In this document: positions 1-10,626 of the stretch, piece after piece | Numbering within the stretch: the stretch's first letter is position 1 | Layout of the letters: every line of letters starts with the position of its first letter | Assembly (NCBI GenBank): GCA_918797485.1 | Contig: CAKKNE010000004.1 | Coordinates: forward strand, 3,844,001-3,908,000 | Source of the DNA: Pelagomonas calceolata | Lineage: Eukaryota | Reading direction: 5' to 3' | Length of the DNA: 64,000 bases | Translations under genes and position numbers: made by a program | The notes under the pieces: model-generated | What the model saw: only the letters and a program-made list of their open reading frames with translations | Told to the model about the DNA's origin: nothing | The model's database searches: none

Positions 1-1429
1 CAGCGGATCATCGCCGGCAGCACGTAGACCACGAAGCCCCCGAGCAGCGACCCGGCCAGCCCCGCGGGCAGCCCGATGTCGCCCGCCGCGAGCGCGACCT
101 GCGCCGTCAGCAACACCAAGCACAGCGACCCGAGCGTGCGCCGCGCGCCCCGCCGCTTCTGGAGCGACGTCTCCCACGCCGGCGGCAACAACCGCGTCGC
201 GGAATCGTAAAAGCCGGAAAACACGAGCGGAAAGCCGAAGACGATCGACGCGCCCGTCGCGAGGCGCGCGACGCGGGCGAGCGCGTCGGACGCGCCGTAG
301 TTGAGCAGCACGTTCGGGCCTGCGCGTTCGGGGGCGCGTCGACGGCGTCGAGGTGTGGCGCGTCGATGGCGTCGAGAGGAGCGTCGCGTCGCTGGCGTCG
401 AGGTGGCGCCTCGGGCCGGACGCCATCGCCGCGCGAAGGCACAACACAGAAGGCACAAAAAAAGAAAGGACGCGGACGCGAACGCGCCGCGTCGCCGAAC
501 GTCGCCTTGCCCGCCGCCATGACGCCCGCGTACAACGCGACGAGCACCGTGAACGACAGGAACGTGACCTGGCGGAAGCGCCGCCGCGCGCCGCCGTCGC
601 CGCGCGCCAGCGACTCGGCGAGCGGCGGCGCGTTGTAGTGCGCGACGTAGGCCAACCCCAGGTTCGCGGACAGCACCAATGCTTTCGCCGAGACCCCGCA
701 GCAGCCGCCTGTCGCCTCCGACGCCACGGCGCTCGCTCTGTGTATGCCATCCTCAGCATAAGTGCCGTCGACCGCTCGATACAAAATCGCAAAGGCCGTG
801 AGGAAGACGGACGCGCAGCCCATCAACGAGAATTTTGCTAAAGTAGCCAAATCCAATTGACACAAAGGAAACAAGGCCAACAAAGCCACGGCGTAGACCG
901 TGATTGATGGTGGAATATCTAGATATTTCTCCACCAGAGGCCCAAATACATCCCCGACGATGCCGTGGTAGATGACGGCAGCAGCACCGCAGAAGGCCGC
1001 GACGGAAGCGTCCACGGCCCAGGCGTTCGCGCCGACGGCTTCGGACCAGAGCGAGCGCACGTCGGACGCCTGGTAGCGCAACGCATCCTCACCCAACAAC
1101 AGGAACGACCCGCACGACACCGCCCCGAGGAAGGCCACGAGTCCTATGGCGGGGAGGTAGCCCGTGCCCGCGGCGCCCGCCGTCAGCGTCAAGAAGCCGC
1201 AGCCCGCCACGTTATTCACGAGGTTGAAGGACGCGCCCAGGACGTCCGTCCGCTTCTGCACGACGACGGCGCGCGGGTTGCGCGTGACCGTTTTTTTTGT
1301 GCTTCCTCCTCTTACGGTGAGCGCGCCATGTTGCGGGCGCAGGCTCCTCTTGAGGGGTGGGAGGGCGGCGACGCGTGCTATAGCTGCAATAGCTACATAG
1401 AGCACCAGCCTTGCACCGGTGCGCGGCAT
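1..1429 (-). CDS. Amino acid transporter (Aa_trans/SLC38-like), 3' end runs off the window
   Basis: ATG at 1429 (MPRTGARLVLY..., leader-like). Motifs GASFNLVNNVAGCGFLTL and AYVAHYNAP. Removing GT-AG intron 320..483 restores FGDAARPNVLLNYG...LPAMIR to the window edge. Exons 484..1429 and <1..319. Confidence 0.85.
320..483 (-). other. Intron (164 bp, GT-AG) carrying introner core repeats
   Basis: Splicing restores the transporter frame. Contains several CGCCATCGACGCG-like copies. No clear TSD remains. Confidence 0.75.
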
Positions 1430-1779
1430 TGCTCCGTTTGCAATTCGCGCTGCTCGCTCGTTTCGAATGGCTTTTTTAGCAGTCTCTACAGCCTTGCAGC
1501 TGCAGCCTCCGACGCGCGCCGCGTCGTGTGATGGATTAGCTTGCAAACCCAAAGCCTCTCCGCCCACCCGAGCGGCCCTACGGTGGAGAGTCGCCCACCC
1601 GAAAGATCCCTCGGCCTTCGACGGATTGTCGTGTCTTCGAGACGGCTGACTCTCCGAGAGCGATTTGGCAGAGGCTGGTGACCAGGCACTCAAGGGCAAC
1701 CGGCTAAAACGCGATCGCTGCTGCAATCCACGTCCGTACGCATCGGTCACAGCACGTATTCTTCACCAACTTACATAAA

Positions 1780-2599
1780 ATGGCGAAACTCCTGGTCCTC
1801 GCCGCTTGCACGAGCGCCCTGGTGCAGCAGCCTGCAAGACGCATCAGCCGGCGCGCAATCAAAGTTCAGGCGCCCAACGCCATCGACGCGATGCTGTACC
1901 CGTAGCTGCGTCTGCTCGATGGCGTGGAGTTGTCGGGCCATCGACGCGACGTTGTCGCCGTCGACCGCGTCGGTTCGATGGCGTGGAGGTTCACTGGTTG
2001 ATTTCCACGCAGGCATAAGCTTGACGCCGCGCATGGGCGTTGTGAAACCGGGCGACTTCAAGAACGGCCTCACCATCGAGCGGGACGGCGGCGTCTGGAA
2101 GGTCCTGAATTTCCAGCAGACGAAGACCGCGCGCCAGGCCGCGATGGTCCGCACGAAGCTGAAGAATCTCGTGAGCGGCACGACCGTCGAGGACACCTTC
2201 CGCATGTCCGAGACCTTCCAGACGGCGCAAGTCGACACGAACGACGCCGTCTATTCTTATGATGACGGCGATTCCCTCGTTTTCATGGACGCCGTCGACT
2301 TCGACGAAATTACCATCCCGAGGGAGTCCATCGAGAACATTGATCTGGTGAAGGACGGCATGACCGTGCAGATCGTGAAATGGGGCGACACGATCGTCGA
2401 CGTGCAACTGCCCACGTCCGAAACGTACGAGGTCACGTACACGGAGCCGGGCCTGAAGAACGCGGCGTCCACGGGCCAGTCCAAGGACGCGACCTTGGAG
2501 ACCGGCGCCGTCATCCAGGTGCCGCTCTTCGTCGAGATCGGCGACGTCGTCAAGGTCAAGTGCGCCGAGCGCGAGTTCATCGAGCGGGCGAAGAAGTAA
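1780..2599 (+). CDS. efp: Translation elongation factor P, predicted plastid-targeted
   Basis: Exons 1780..1840 and 2013..2599 give MAKLLVLAACTSALVQQPARRISLTPRMGVVKPGDFKNGL...ATLETGAVIQVPLFVEIGD, which are EF-P motifs. Confidence 0.92.
1849..2012 (+). mobile_element. Introner element; GC-AG intron 1841..2012
   Basis: TSD GCATCAGC (1841-1848) / GCATAAGC (2013-2020). Right TIR TTGATTTCCACGCAG, degenerate left TIR CGGCGCGCAATCAA. Splicing removes an in-frame stop. Confidence 0.88.
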
Positions 2600-2676
2600 A
2601 GATTTATGTCTAGTTTGGCTCACGGCGCGTCGATGGCGTATTGTTGCGAGTAGAGAGTCTCGCGCGAGTTCGTTTT

Positions 2677-2699
2677 GCTAGCGTCTGTAAGACACTAGC
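2677..2699 (-). promoter_or_regulatory. Bipartite CTAG intergenic motif
   Basis: Reverse complement GCTAGTGTCTTACAGACGCTAGC, about 310 bp upstream of the SpoU gene. Confidence 0.7.
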
Positions 2700-3009
2700 A
2701 AGCGGCAGTGAGAGCGCTGTTTTGGCACGCCTCAAACGCGACACCCGTGCAGTGTTAACGCCGCAAAGTTGTGCCAGGACACACAGCGTACTCTACGCAC
2801 GCGTGCGCGAGAGAACGAGCACTGGCGGCAACCAAGCGCTGCGTTTGGACTCGGTACAACGCAAGGCTCTGCCACAGCAAAGCACACGAAGACGGCAGCA
2901 AGGCATTGGATAGTCGCGCGAACATCAGGACGCAGCAGTGCTGCGTTAAGAGCCAGCACGCGCCTCAACACCTGTGGTGCCGGCACGCAACGAAGTGCAT
3001 CGAACGAAG

Positions 3010-4959
3010 ATGAGCGCACCACAAAGCCCCCAAAGCCCGCACAGTCCGCACAAGTCCAACTGGATGCTCGACCAGGACAGCGGCGGCGACGACGACGACA
3101 AAAATACGATCCGCCTGCGCTACCTCTACCGCGGCGAGCACAAGCGCGACGGCCGCGTCGCGACGATCGCGTGCGAGAACGGCACCATAAAAACAAAGGC
3201 CGTCCTCGTCGCGCTCCGACGGGACAGGTCCGTCGACCTGGACCGCTTCGGCGTCGCGCTCTACGATGTGAAGGAAGAGGCCTGGCGGACGCTGACGGAG
3301 TTGGACGACGAGGTCGCCGTCGAGGGCGAGGCGCGCGCCGAGCTCTACGACACGCTCGAGCAAGAGGCAGATGATGCCGCGGCAGAGGCGGGCTACTTCG
3401 GCATTGGGATAGTCCGGGGCAAGACCGCGGGCAACGCGGGCGTGCTCTGGCGGTCCGCGGCGCAGCTCGGCGCGGCGTTCACGTTCACGGTCGGCGCGCG
3501 CTTCGAGAAGGAGGACGACAAGACGGACGCCATCGCGGCGTGGCGCCGCGTGCCGCAGTTCGCGTACGACGACGTCGCGCAGCTCGTGACGGCGACGCCG
3601 CGCGGCGCCGCCTTGGTCGGCGTCGAGATGGGCGGGCAGGCCCTCGAGACCTTCGCGCACCCGGAGCGCTGCGTGTATGTACTAGGTGCCGAGGACGAGG
3701 GCCTGCCGAAATCGGTAAGACGGGCGTGCCGCCACGTCGTGTCGCTGCCGTCGATTCGTTCGGCGTCGTACAACGTCGCGGTCGCCGGCGCGCTCGTGCT
3801 CTACGACCGGTTCATGAAGAGGAGCCGGCCCGTGCCGCCGCCGCTGCCATTACCAACGACGGTCGACGTCGAAGACGAGGCGGCCGAGCCGGTCTACTTG
3901 CCGATCATCCTCGTGCAGCGCGACTCGGCGACGGCGTCGCGCGTCGACGCGCTGCTGGAGCAGCGCCACGGCGCCGCGGTCGTCCGGAAAGCGACGGACG
4001 GCGATTTGAGCACGGAGGAATTCGCGCGGGCGCGGGCGCGGTTCTCGGTCGCGCGGGCCCACGACGCCGGTGCCGTCGCGTGCAGCATCGCGGCGGACCC
4101 GCTCCTCCAGGGCCACGTCCAGCGCTGCCTCGTGCTCGACCGGCGCGCGGCGGATGTTGCTAAAATCGCGCTCGGCGCGGAGACGTACCGCGTCGTCGCG
4201 CAGCCGGCGGGCCTCGCGACGCGCGTCGTCGACCAACTGCCCGAAAGCGTCGCGCTCGGCACCGCAGACGCGACGCACCTGCTCTGCGTCTGCGATTTCG
4301 GGGGCAAGGGCCTCCTGGCCGGCGTCGCGCCGGCCGCCGCGCGGCCGCGGCCTCCGCCGCGCCGGGAGCCGCGCGGCGCGGCCGTCCTGTCCGCCGCCGC
4401 GTTGATCTTCTTCGACCACGCCGTCCCTCGCGTCGGGGGGGCCTCGTCACGCCGTCGACCACGCAGGCGGGAGCTGGCGCGCCGGGGCCTCGTCGCGCCG
4501 ACGGTCGGGCGCTTCGAAGTCGTCGGGAACGTACCCGGCGCCGCGGACTACCTCCAGGCCTGCGGCCGCGCGCACGAATATTCGGACTCGATCGAGGTGC
4601 TGGTCGCGGACGGTCGGCGCCCGGTGTCCCGTCTTCAACTTCTTGCGACGACGCGACTCGCTTTGCCTCGCGCCGACGACGACGAGCGCGCTGACAAGGC
4701 AACCGCGCGCGCAGGCGACGGGCCCGCCCGCGCCGTCGAGGTGGCGTCGCAGCTGCTCCCCCAGCTGCACGGCGTGTTCGTCTGCGTCGTCGCGCCGCGG
4801 CACCGCGTCCGCGACGCGGACCTCGCCGCGGAGCTGGCCGCCGCGCTCCGCGCGGCGCTGCCGACGACGACGCGCGTGGTCGCGCCGCGATGCATGTGGC
4901 TCCTCGCGAACGCGAAGCTCGAGCGGACGCTACTGTGTCGGGTAAACTTAAAATCATGA
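3010..4959 (+). CDS. SpoU/TrmH-family (SPOUT) RNA methyltransferase with long C-terminal extension
   Basis: Motifs NAGVLWRSAAQLGA, YVLGAEDEGL, SYNVAVAGALVLYDR. Possible in-frame introns 4401..4466 and 4613..4714. Confidence 0.85.
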   Translation: MSAPQSPQSPHSPHKSNWMLDQDSGGDDDDKNTIRLRYLYRGEHKRDGRVATIACENGTIKTKAVLVALRRDRSVDLDRFGVALYDVKEEAWRTLTELDDEVAVEGEARAELYDTLEQEADDAAAEAGYFGIGIVRGKTAGNAGVLWRSAAQLGAAFTFTVGARFEKEDDKTDAIAAWRRVPQFAYDDVAQLVTATPRGAALVGVEMGGQALETFAHPERCVYVLGAEDEGLPKSVRRACRHVVSLPSIRSASYNVAVAGALVLYDRFMKRSRPVPPPLPLPTTVDVEDEAAEPVYLPIILVQRDSATASRVDALLEQRHGAAVVRKATDGDLSTEEFARARARFSVARAHDAGAVACSIAADPLLQGHVQRCLVLDRRAADVAKIALGAETYRVVAQPAGLATRVVDQLPESVALGTADATHLLCVCDFGGKGLLAGVAPAAARPRPPPRREPRGAAVLSAAALIFFDHAVPRVGGASSRRRPRRRELARRGLVAPTVGRFEVVGNVPGAADYLQACGRAHEYSDSIEVLVADGRRPVSRLQLLATTRLALPRADDDERADKATARAGDGPARAVEVASQLLPQLHGVFVCVVAPRHRVRDADLAAELAAALRAALPTTTRVVAPRCMWLLANAKLERTLLCRVNLKS

Positions 4960-5574
4960 ATCCTCGTTAGGAGTGCGCGGCTGGACGGCGGCGCCGTCGT
5001 TCAGCCGCATCGAGAGCACGCCCTCGGGGTAGTCGGCCATGTGCGTATCCACGAACGCCCGCAGTTTTAAATCTTCATCGTCGCGCGGCGGGTTCAGCCA
5101 GCCTCTAGATTCAAGCTCCGCGCGCGACCGCGGGGCTGGCGTTTTCTCGGATGCAAGGGCGGGCGCCTCGACGAACGCGCGCCGCGCCTCATCCAACCGA
5201 TCGCACTCGGCGCGCATCTCGCCGAAGGCCTTGGTCAGGTAATTGCCGGCCTTGCGCAACCTCGAAGTAGCGAGCGCGTCGATCGTCGGGCACTGGTAGA
5301 TCGTGCCGTCCAAGACATAAAAGTACGCCTCCACATCAAACCCGTCGCCCGTGGCCTTCTTGCGTCTTTTAGAAATGGCGAGGCAGCGCGGGTTCCGCGA
5401 CCGCTCGAGCGCGAACTCGAGGCCCTCGCCCGTTTCGTAGAACGGCGACCGCTCGAAGTAGGCCAAGACATTGTCCGCGCGCGCGCCGCCAACCTGCTGC
5501 AGCCAGACGGGGTCGAGGAAGCAAGTTGACGGTGTTACCGTCGTCTGGTCGATGGCTGCTGGTGGGGCGTCCAT
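4954..5574 (-). CDS. MED6: Mediator subunit 6
   Basis: FLDPVWL...DNVLAYFERSPFY...YFYVLDGTIYQCPTI match the Med6 pattern. ATG at 5574. Confidence 0.85.
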   Translation of the reverse strand: MDAPPAAIDQTTVTPSTCFLDPVWLQQVGGARADNVLAYFERSPFYETGEGLEFALERSRNPRCLAISKRRKKATGDGFDVEAYFYVLDGTIYQCPTIDALATSRLRKAGNYLTKAFGEMRAECDRLDEARRAFVEAPALASEKTPAPRSRAELESRGWLNPPRDDEDLKLRAFVDTHMADYPEGVLSMRLNDGAAVQPRTPNEDS

Positions 5575-5720
5575 TTTTTCTATTGTGGTGGCGGCAGAGT
5601 TGCGCAAGTGCCGTTACGCGTTGTAATCGCAGCGATGCGATGCTCGAGGGAGTCGTTCTGCAGTTATTACAGCTCTACGAGCTTGTATGGTTGCAAACAC
5701 ACCAAATAGCCCAGGGGCTT

Positions 5721-5744
5721 GCTAGTGTCTTACACGACGCTAGC
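5721..5744 (+). promoter_or_regulatory. Bipartite CTAG intergenic motif
   Basis: GCTAGTGTCTTACACGACGCTAGC between divergent genes. Confidence 0.75.
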
Positions 5745-5841
5745 CTCCGTGGCACTTCGGCGGGTAACTACGCACGACGCTCCACGAGCCTCGGGGCCGA
5801 TTCGGAGGACGCCGCGGTAATTCGGTCAGGCGCCATTGAAC

Positions 5842-6831
5842 ATGAAACTGTTCATCTCCCTCGCCCTCACTCTCGCGCCGCGCGCGACGGCCCGCTTGGC
5901 GAGGTACGCGCGGAACTCGACGAGTCACCCCGGCCGCTGTGACCGGAACGTGTTTGAACGGGAGTTCTACCTCCTCGCCAAGGGACTCGAGCCCACGTCG
6001 GACAAGGTGACGGCCCATTCGTATGAGACGATGTACGGCACGTTCGTATATCCACTGAAATTCGCGGCCCATACGCCCAGAATCTTAGAGATCGGCCTCG
6101 GTTGTAACATGGATTACGGCCCGGGGGCGTCGGTGAAGGCGCGAAGCGGCGTCGGTCTTCGACTCGAGGTCCCCCCAGGAGATCCGTTGTACCCCCGCAG
6201 ATATGGCGCCAGCTCCTGCCCTACGCCGAGCTCTGGGAGGCTGAATACGACGCCGCGTGCGTCGAAAAAGCGCGCGCGAAGGGCCAGCTCGAGGGTATCA
6301 AGACCGTCACGGGCGACCAGGGCGACTTCGCCGTCCTCAAGCGCTGGGCCGAGGAGATCGGCGGCGAGTTGGACGTCATCATCGACGACGGCGGGCACCG
6401 GTGTGGAAATCAAAGCTTCATTTCGAGACGCGTTACATTCGACTCATAAACCGTCCACAGGCGGACACAAGAACTCCCAGATCGGGCACTCGTTCGACGT
6501 CCTCTGGCCGCTCGTCCGCAACGGTGGGGTTTACGTTATCGAGGACCTCCAGGTCGGCCGGTTCAAGAGTTACGGCGGGGAAAAAATTAACTACGAGGAC
6601 ACGAAGGGCCGGGGCGTCATGGCCGACAAAATCAAGGACTGGATCGAACAGCTCGTAACGATTCCCCGCGTATTCAAGCACACGAAGGGCCGTGGATTCG
6701 AGCACAAGATCCCGGACGACGTCTCCTTCGTCTACTGCCAACTGGAGGCCTGCGTCATCGGCAAGCGCAATCGCCACGTCGAGGGTAGTCGTCCGGGTCT
6801 CCCAGGGCACGACTTCCCGGGGCGGCGCTGA
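5842..6831 (+). CDS. Class I SAM-dependent O-methyltransferase (MycE-like motifs) with signal peptide
   Basis: Exons 5842..6138, 6201..6390 and 6461..6831 give TSDKVTAHSY...LEIGLGCNMDYGPGASVKIWR...TGDQGD...DVIIDDGGHKNSQI...GGVYVIEDL. Both introns are GC-AG. Confidence 0.82.
   Translation: MKLFISLALTLAPRATARLARYARNSTSHPGRCDRNVFEREFYLLAKGLEPTSDKVTAHSYETMYGTFVYPLKFAAHTPRILEIGLGCNMDYGPGASVKARSGVGLRLEVPPGDPLYPRRYGASSCPTPSSGRLNTTPRASKKRARRASSRVSRPSRATRATSPSSSAGPRRSAASWTSSSTTAGTGVEIKASFRDALHSTHKPSTGGHKNSQIGHSFDVLWPLVRNGGVYVIEDLQVGRFKSYGGEKINYEDTKGRGVMADKIKDWIEQLVTIPRVFKHTKGRGFEHKIPDDVSFVYCQLEACVIGKRNRHVEGSRPGLPGHDFPGRR
6399..6460 (+). mobile_element. Short introner element; GC-AG intron 6391..6460
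   Basis: TSD GCGGGCAC (6391-6398) / GCGGACAC (6461-6468). Left TIR CGGTGTGGAAATCAA, right end TCCACAG. Splicing restores the DDGGH motif. Confidence 0.85.
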
Positions 6832-6882
6832 AGAGTAACAACACTAGTACAAAAAACAGCAATTACAAACAAAAGGGATCAA

Positions 6883-8994
6883 TCAAGCGTCCTCGGCCAC
6901 CGCTCGCAGCATCGCCGCGAAGTAGGCCGGCTCGAGGTGGTCGTCCAGGGCGCCGCCCGACGCGAGCGCGGACAGCATCTTGAGCTCGGCCTCGACGTAT
7001 TTAGAGTCGAGCCCGACGGACCCGAGCAATTCGGACGACGAGCTCCCCTGGATCGTATTGACGGACTTTTGGGTCAGCCGCGTCGCCGCGTCCAAAGCGC
7101 TCTGGACATCGAAGGGCTTGACGGATCGCGCCTCGCCCAATGCGTCGTCCAACAACGTGGCGAGGGGGCTCCCGGGCGGCGCCGGCCGCGTCACGACGCC
7201 GCTCAAACCGCCGTCGCCCTTCTTCAGGGGGCACTCTCCTTCATTCTCGCCCTCGACCCAGATTGTAGCGTTGGGCGACACCAAGATCGTGCTCCCGCCG
7301 TGGGCGTAGGAGAAGCCCCGCGGCAACCGAGCGACGATGTCCTGGCCGTTCACTAATCTGGAATGGGTCGGGACGGCCACGTCGAGTTGTGAGGCGAAGG
7401 CCGCGTCGCCGACGCGCGGCGCGCCGAGCGTCACGAGGTTGATAGCTGAAAATTTCGGGGCGTCCGCGACAGCAGCAACAGTAGACGTGCCGAGGAACCA
7501 GGGTTTTGACCGTGGTTTCCGCACGGGCAACGACCTAGTAGCATCTATACCATACGCCACGTCGAAGGCAAATAAAGTCGCCAGCGCGCCGCCGAGCGAG
7601 TGGCCCGTCACTAACAACTCCCAGTCCTCGGGTCTATCGTCGCAGGCTCTCAAAACGAGCTGCTTCAGGCGCATGGCGATGGAATCCAGCGCCCCGCGGA
7701 ACCCGGCGTGCACCGACGGGTCGCCCGCGGCCAGCGGCACGCTATCATCATAATCATCTCGCTCCATTTCAGCCTCGCGCGCCCAGGGCGTCATCAACGC
7801 CGACGCGTCCGTGACCACGTCGCGCGGTTCCGACGTGCCCCGGAAGCTCACCATTAACTTTTTTGATTGCGCGTCCCTCCAGAGCCCCGCCTGCGTGCCC
7901 GTTTTCGCGTGGTCCACGAAGCATAGCGCTTCATAGGCCGAGGCGTCCGCTATTTCACTCCAGTCGACACCGGCTTCCGGTGAGGCGCCCCTCACGACGT
8001 CCTGGCGCTCGTGCAATAAACGCGTGTCCGCGTCGAGATTTATGACATCGTCATCAGTATCAAAAGCCGCATACTTCAAGTCGAGCTCCAGACGGCCTTT
8101 TTTTTCATCATTAAGCATGTTGGCTCTTATACCGGCCGCGGCCATGGCCGCGAGAGCGACCCCTCCTGTCGCCAAACCGGCCGCCGCGCCGACGACCGCG
8201 CCCCCGACCAAGGCGCCGCCATCGAAGGCGATCTTGTCCTCGGCGTCCACGGCCAAATCGACGGTCCACCTTCTTTCCCCACCGGACAGCAACGCCCTTG
8301 ATAAAGGAATTTCGCCGACGCCGAGCAATCGGTCGGCGCTGGCCACGTCCTCGTCAAACACGCGAATAGCCAGCGCCGCCCGCTTCGGGTCCGCCACGTA
8401 CAAACAGTGGTAGTCCTCGGCGGGCCACTCCACGGGGTCCGGCGCGCGCCAGACCGTCTCTGTTCGAGCGACATCAGTGGCGTTCGACGCTCGGGCTCGC
8501 TGCGACCTCTTGGAAACCTTCTCGACGACCGCCAACCGACAGTAGGCGTCGACGCCCGCGCCCGACAGGGCGAGCTCCTCGAGCTTCAGGCCGCCCGTCG
8601 ACGGAGACTTTAAACCGGTGGCGCGGGCGACGCGCACTAACGCGGCCCCCGCGTAGCAGCTCCGGATGAAACTGGTCGAGCGGAACGCGACGTCGCAGCC
8701 GTCCGCGCCGCGCTCCCAGCGCGCGCCCGCCGGATCATTATAACACTCGAAGGCGAAGCCCGCGCAGAGCGCCGCCGTTTTCAACGAAAAGCTCGTGCGC
8801 GTCGGCGCGTCGATTCGTTTTCGCAGCGCGGCGTTTTCTCTTCTCAATCTTCCGCACTCTTCCTCCAGTTCCTCCCGCGTGAGGGCTGCTAAATCTGCGT
8901 CTGGCGTGGCGTGCTGTTTTGGCCTCAGGGCTCGCGGTGGTGGTACCAGAAATGCGTTCGCTGCGGCGAGGGCAACGAGCAGGACGCGACTCAT
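6883..8994 (-). CDS. Class 3 lipase with C2-like domain, predicted plastid-targeted
   Basis: Leader ...AANAFLV. Motifs VSFRGTS, VHAGF, VTGHSLGGALA, TLGAPRVGD, DIVARLP. Confidence 0.9.
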   Translation of the reverse strand: MSRVLLVALAAANAFLVPPPRALRPKQHATPDADLAALTREELEEECGRLRRENAALRKRIDAPTRTSFSLKTAALCAGFAFECYNDPAGARWERGADGCDVAFRSTSFIRSCYAGAALVRVARATGLKSPSTGGLKLEELALSGAGVDAYCRLAVVEKVSKRSQRARASNATDVARTETVWRAPDPVEWPAEDYHCLYVADPKRAALAIRVFDEDVASADRLLGVGEIPLSRALLSGGERRWTVDLAVDAEDKIAFDGGALVGGAVVGAAAGLATGGVALAAMAAAGIRANMLNDEKKGRLELDLKYAAFDTDDDVINLDADTRLLHERQDVVRGASPEAGVDWSEIADASAYEALCFVDHAKTGTQAGLWRDAQSKKLMVSFRGTSEPRDVVTDASALMTPWAREAEMERDDYDDSVPLAAGDPSVHAGFRGALDSIAMRLKQLVLRACDDRPEDWELLVTGHSLGGALATLFAFDVAYGIDATRSLPVRKPRSKPWFLGTSTVAAVADAPKFSAINLVTLGAPRVGDAAFASQLDVAVPTHSRLVNGQDIVARLPRGFSYAHGGSTILVSPNATIWVEGENEGECPLKKGDGGLSGVVTRPAPPGSPLATLLDDALGEARSVKPFDVQSALDAATRLTQKSVNTIQGSSSSELLGSVGLDSKYVEAELKMLSALASGGALDDHLEPAYFAAMLRAVAEDA

Positions 8995-9049
8995 GATTAC
9001 AAGCGCCAGGTGTATCAGTATGGCCTGTGTCGCGGCTCAGAGCTTGCTT

Positions 9050-9073
9050 GCTAGTGTCTCACATGCCGCTAGC
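9050..9073 (+). promoter_or_regulatory. Bipartite CTAG intergenic motif
   Basis: GCTAGTGTCTCACATGCCGCTAGC between divergent genes. Confidence 0.75.
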
Positions 9074-9305
9074 AAGCAGTGCGAGCCTCAAAGTGAGCCT
9101 GTACGAGCCGCATTACTCACCAATCAGCCCTCTGCGCACGCCGTTGCATCGGTGCTTCACGCTCAGCCGCCTCGTGCTCGTTTCGCTGCGCTAAAAGCAC
9201 CGCTGCACACGCTGCAGGCTGCATCGCTAGACGCCAGAGATCAACCGCTAGACGCCACCGACGAGCCACAGCAACCGATCGACGCGCCACAGCACCCGAT
9301 CAACC

Positions 9306-10457
9306 ATGGAGGTCGACGACCAAATACGAGTGCGCTTCGTCACGAAAACTCAAACGATAGCCGTGCCCGACACGGCGCTCTCGCTCGCGACGGCGTGCGG
9401 CCGCGCGCAGCTCGGCGACGTCGTCAACAAATTACGAGGTGGTTCAAATCTAGACCTCGACTTCCTCTGGGATGAGAAGCTCGTGCAGGGGTCGCTCGCG
9501 CAGCACGCCGCGCGGCACGGACTGAGTACTGAGAACGTCGCGGAGCTCGAATATTTTGAACGGCGCCCCGAGCCCGAGCATGCTGGTTCTACGACCTGCG
9601 GCGACGACTGGGTCGGTTGTCTCAGTGGAGGCGCGAGCGTGCTGGCGGGCTCCTACGACGGCCGGCTCTTCTGGGCGCGCGACGGCAGCGTCGCGGCGAC
9701 GGCGCACGACGGCGCCGTCACGTGCTTGGCATCGTCGTCCTCCTCCATACTATCGGGCGGCAAGGACGCCGCCGTCAAGGCCTGGCGCCTGTCCGGAGGC
9801 ACTATAAAACTTGTGAGTGAGGGCGAGCACGCGCACGCCGTCGCGAGCTGCTCGTTAAATGAAGCGAGGGCCTTCACGGGCGACTGGGGCGGCCTCGTCT
9901 TCGCCTGGAGCCTGCCGCCGGTTGCCGAGGAACCCGCGACGAAGCGCCAGAAGACGGACGCGTGGGCGCCTTCATCAACAACCAAGGCCCACGCCCAGGT
10001 CGTCTCCGGCATGTGCCTCGCAGATCAACAACTCTGGACGTGCTCCTGGGACCACACTACAAAAATCTGGGACGCGGCGACGCTCGAGGAGCGGTTCAGC
10101 GGGAGCTGCTCCGTCGCGCTGAACTGCATTGACGTCCTTAATGAGACCGCAGCGACGGGCGCGCACGACGGCGCTATACTATTATGGGACGCGCGCTGCC
10201 GCGCGACACAAAAATCATTAAGGGGCCACAGCCACCAGAGCGTGTCGAGCGTGGCGTGGCTCTCCGACGCGCGGCTCGTCTCGGCGGGCCACGACGGCCG
10301 GCTCTGCGTCTGGGACGTGAGGGGAGCGGCGACGGAGCCCGTCAGCGTGCTGAGTTGTGCGTTGAACAAGTGCCTCTGCGTCGCGGCCGGCGGCGGCGCT
10401 CTCTTCGCGGGCGGCGACGCGCCCCAGGTGCACCGGTTCTCAGCGCCGGGCGCCTAA
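9306..10457 (+). CDS. WDR12: Ribosome biogenesis protein WDR12/Ytm1 (NLE domain + WD40)
   Basis: N-terminal QIRVRFVTK...LDFL...LSTENVAELEY, then DDWV, GSYDG, SWDHTTKIWD and further WD repeats. Confidence 0.85.
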   Translation: MEVDDQIRVRFVTKTQTIAVPDTALSLATACGRAQLGDVVNKLRGGSNLDLDFLWDEKLVQGSLAQHAARHGLSTENVAELEYFERRPEPEHAGSTTCGDDWVGCLSGGASVLAGSYDGRLFWARDGSVAATAHDGAVTCLASSSSSILSGGKDAAVKAWRLSGGTIKLVSEGEHAHAVASCSLNEARAFTGDWGGLVFAWSLPPVAEEPATKRQKTDAWAPSSTTKAHAQVVSGMCLADQQLWTCSWDHTTKIWDAATLEERFSGSCSVALNCIDVLNETAATGAHDGAILLWDARCRATQKSLRGHSHQSVSSVAWLSDARLVSAGHDGRLCVWDVRGAATEPVSVLSCALNKCLCVAAGGGALFAGGDAPQVHRFSAPGA

Positions 10458-10626
10458 GTATTGGACCTGTCTTTTTGCGCGTCCCGCGTCCCGGGCCGCT
10501 GACGCGTCTAGCCTGCGGTACCTTTGCGACTCGACTCGGACTCGCGAGCGCGGTCGACAGCACCTGCTCGTTCGAGTTGTGACTAATTTTCCCCACCGGC
10601 ACGCCATCGCCGCGAATCTAAAAAAA

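Noticed and set aside
1430..1750. N-terminal extensions of ORF-track calls from GTG/TTG starts (also 18756, 27808, 46878, 61624 etc.)
   Set aside because: Eukaryotic genes; downstream ATGs give proper leaders or conserved N-termini.
9224..9305. Degenerate short tandem repeats in the WDR12 5' region (also 14553..14580 and 25790..25811)
   Set aside because: Local slippage duplications with no recurrence elsewhere in the window.
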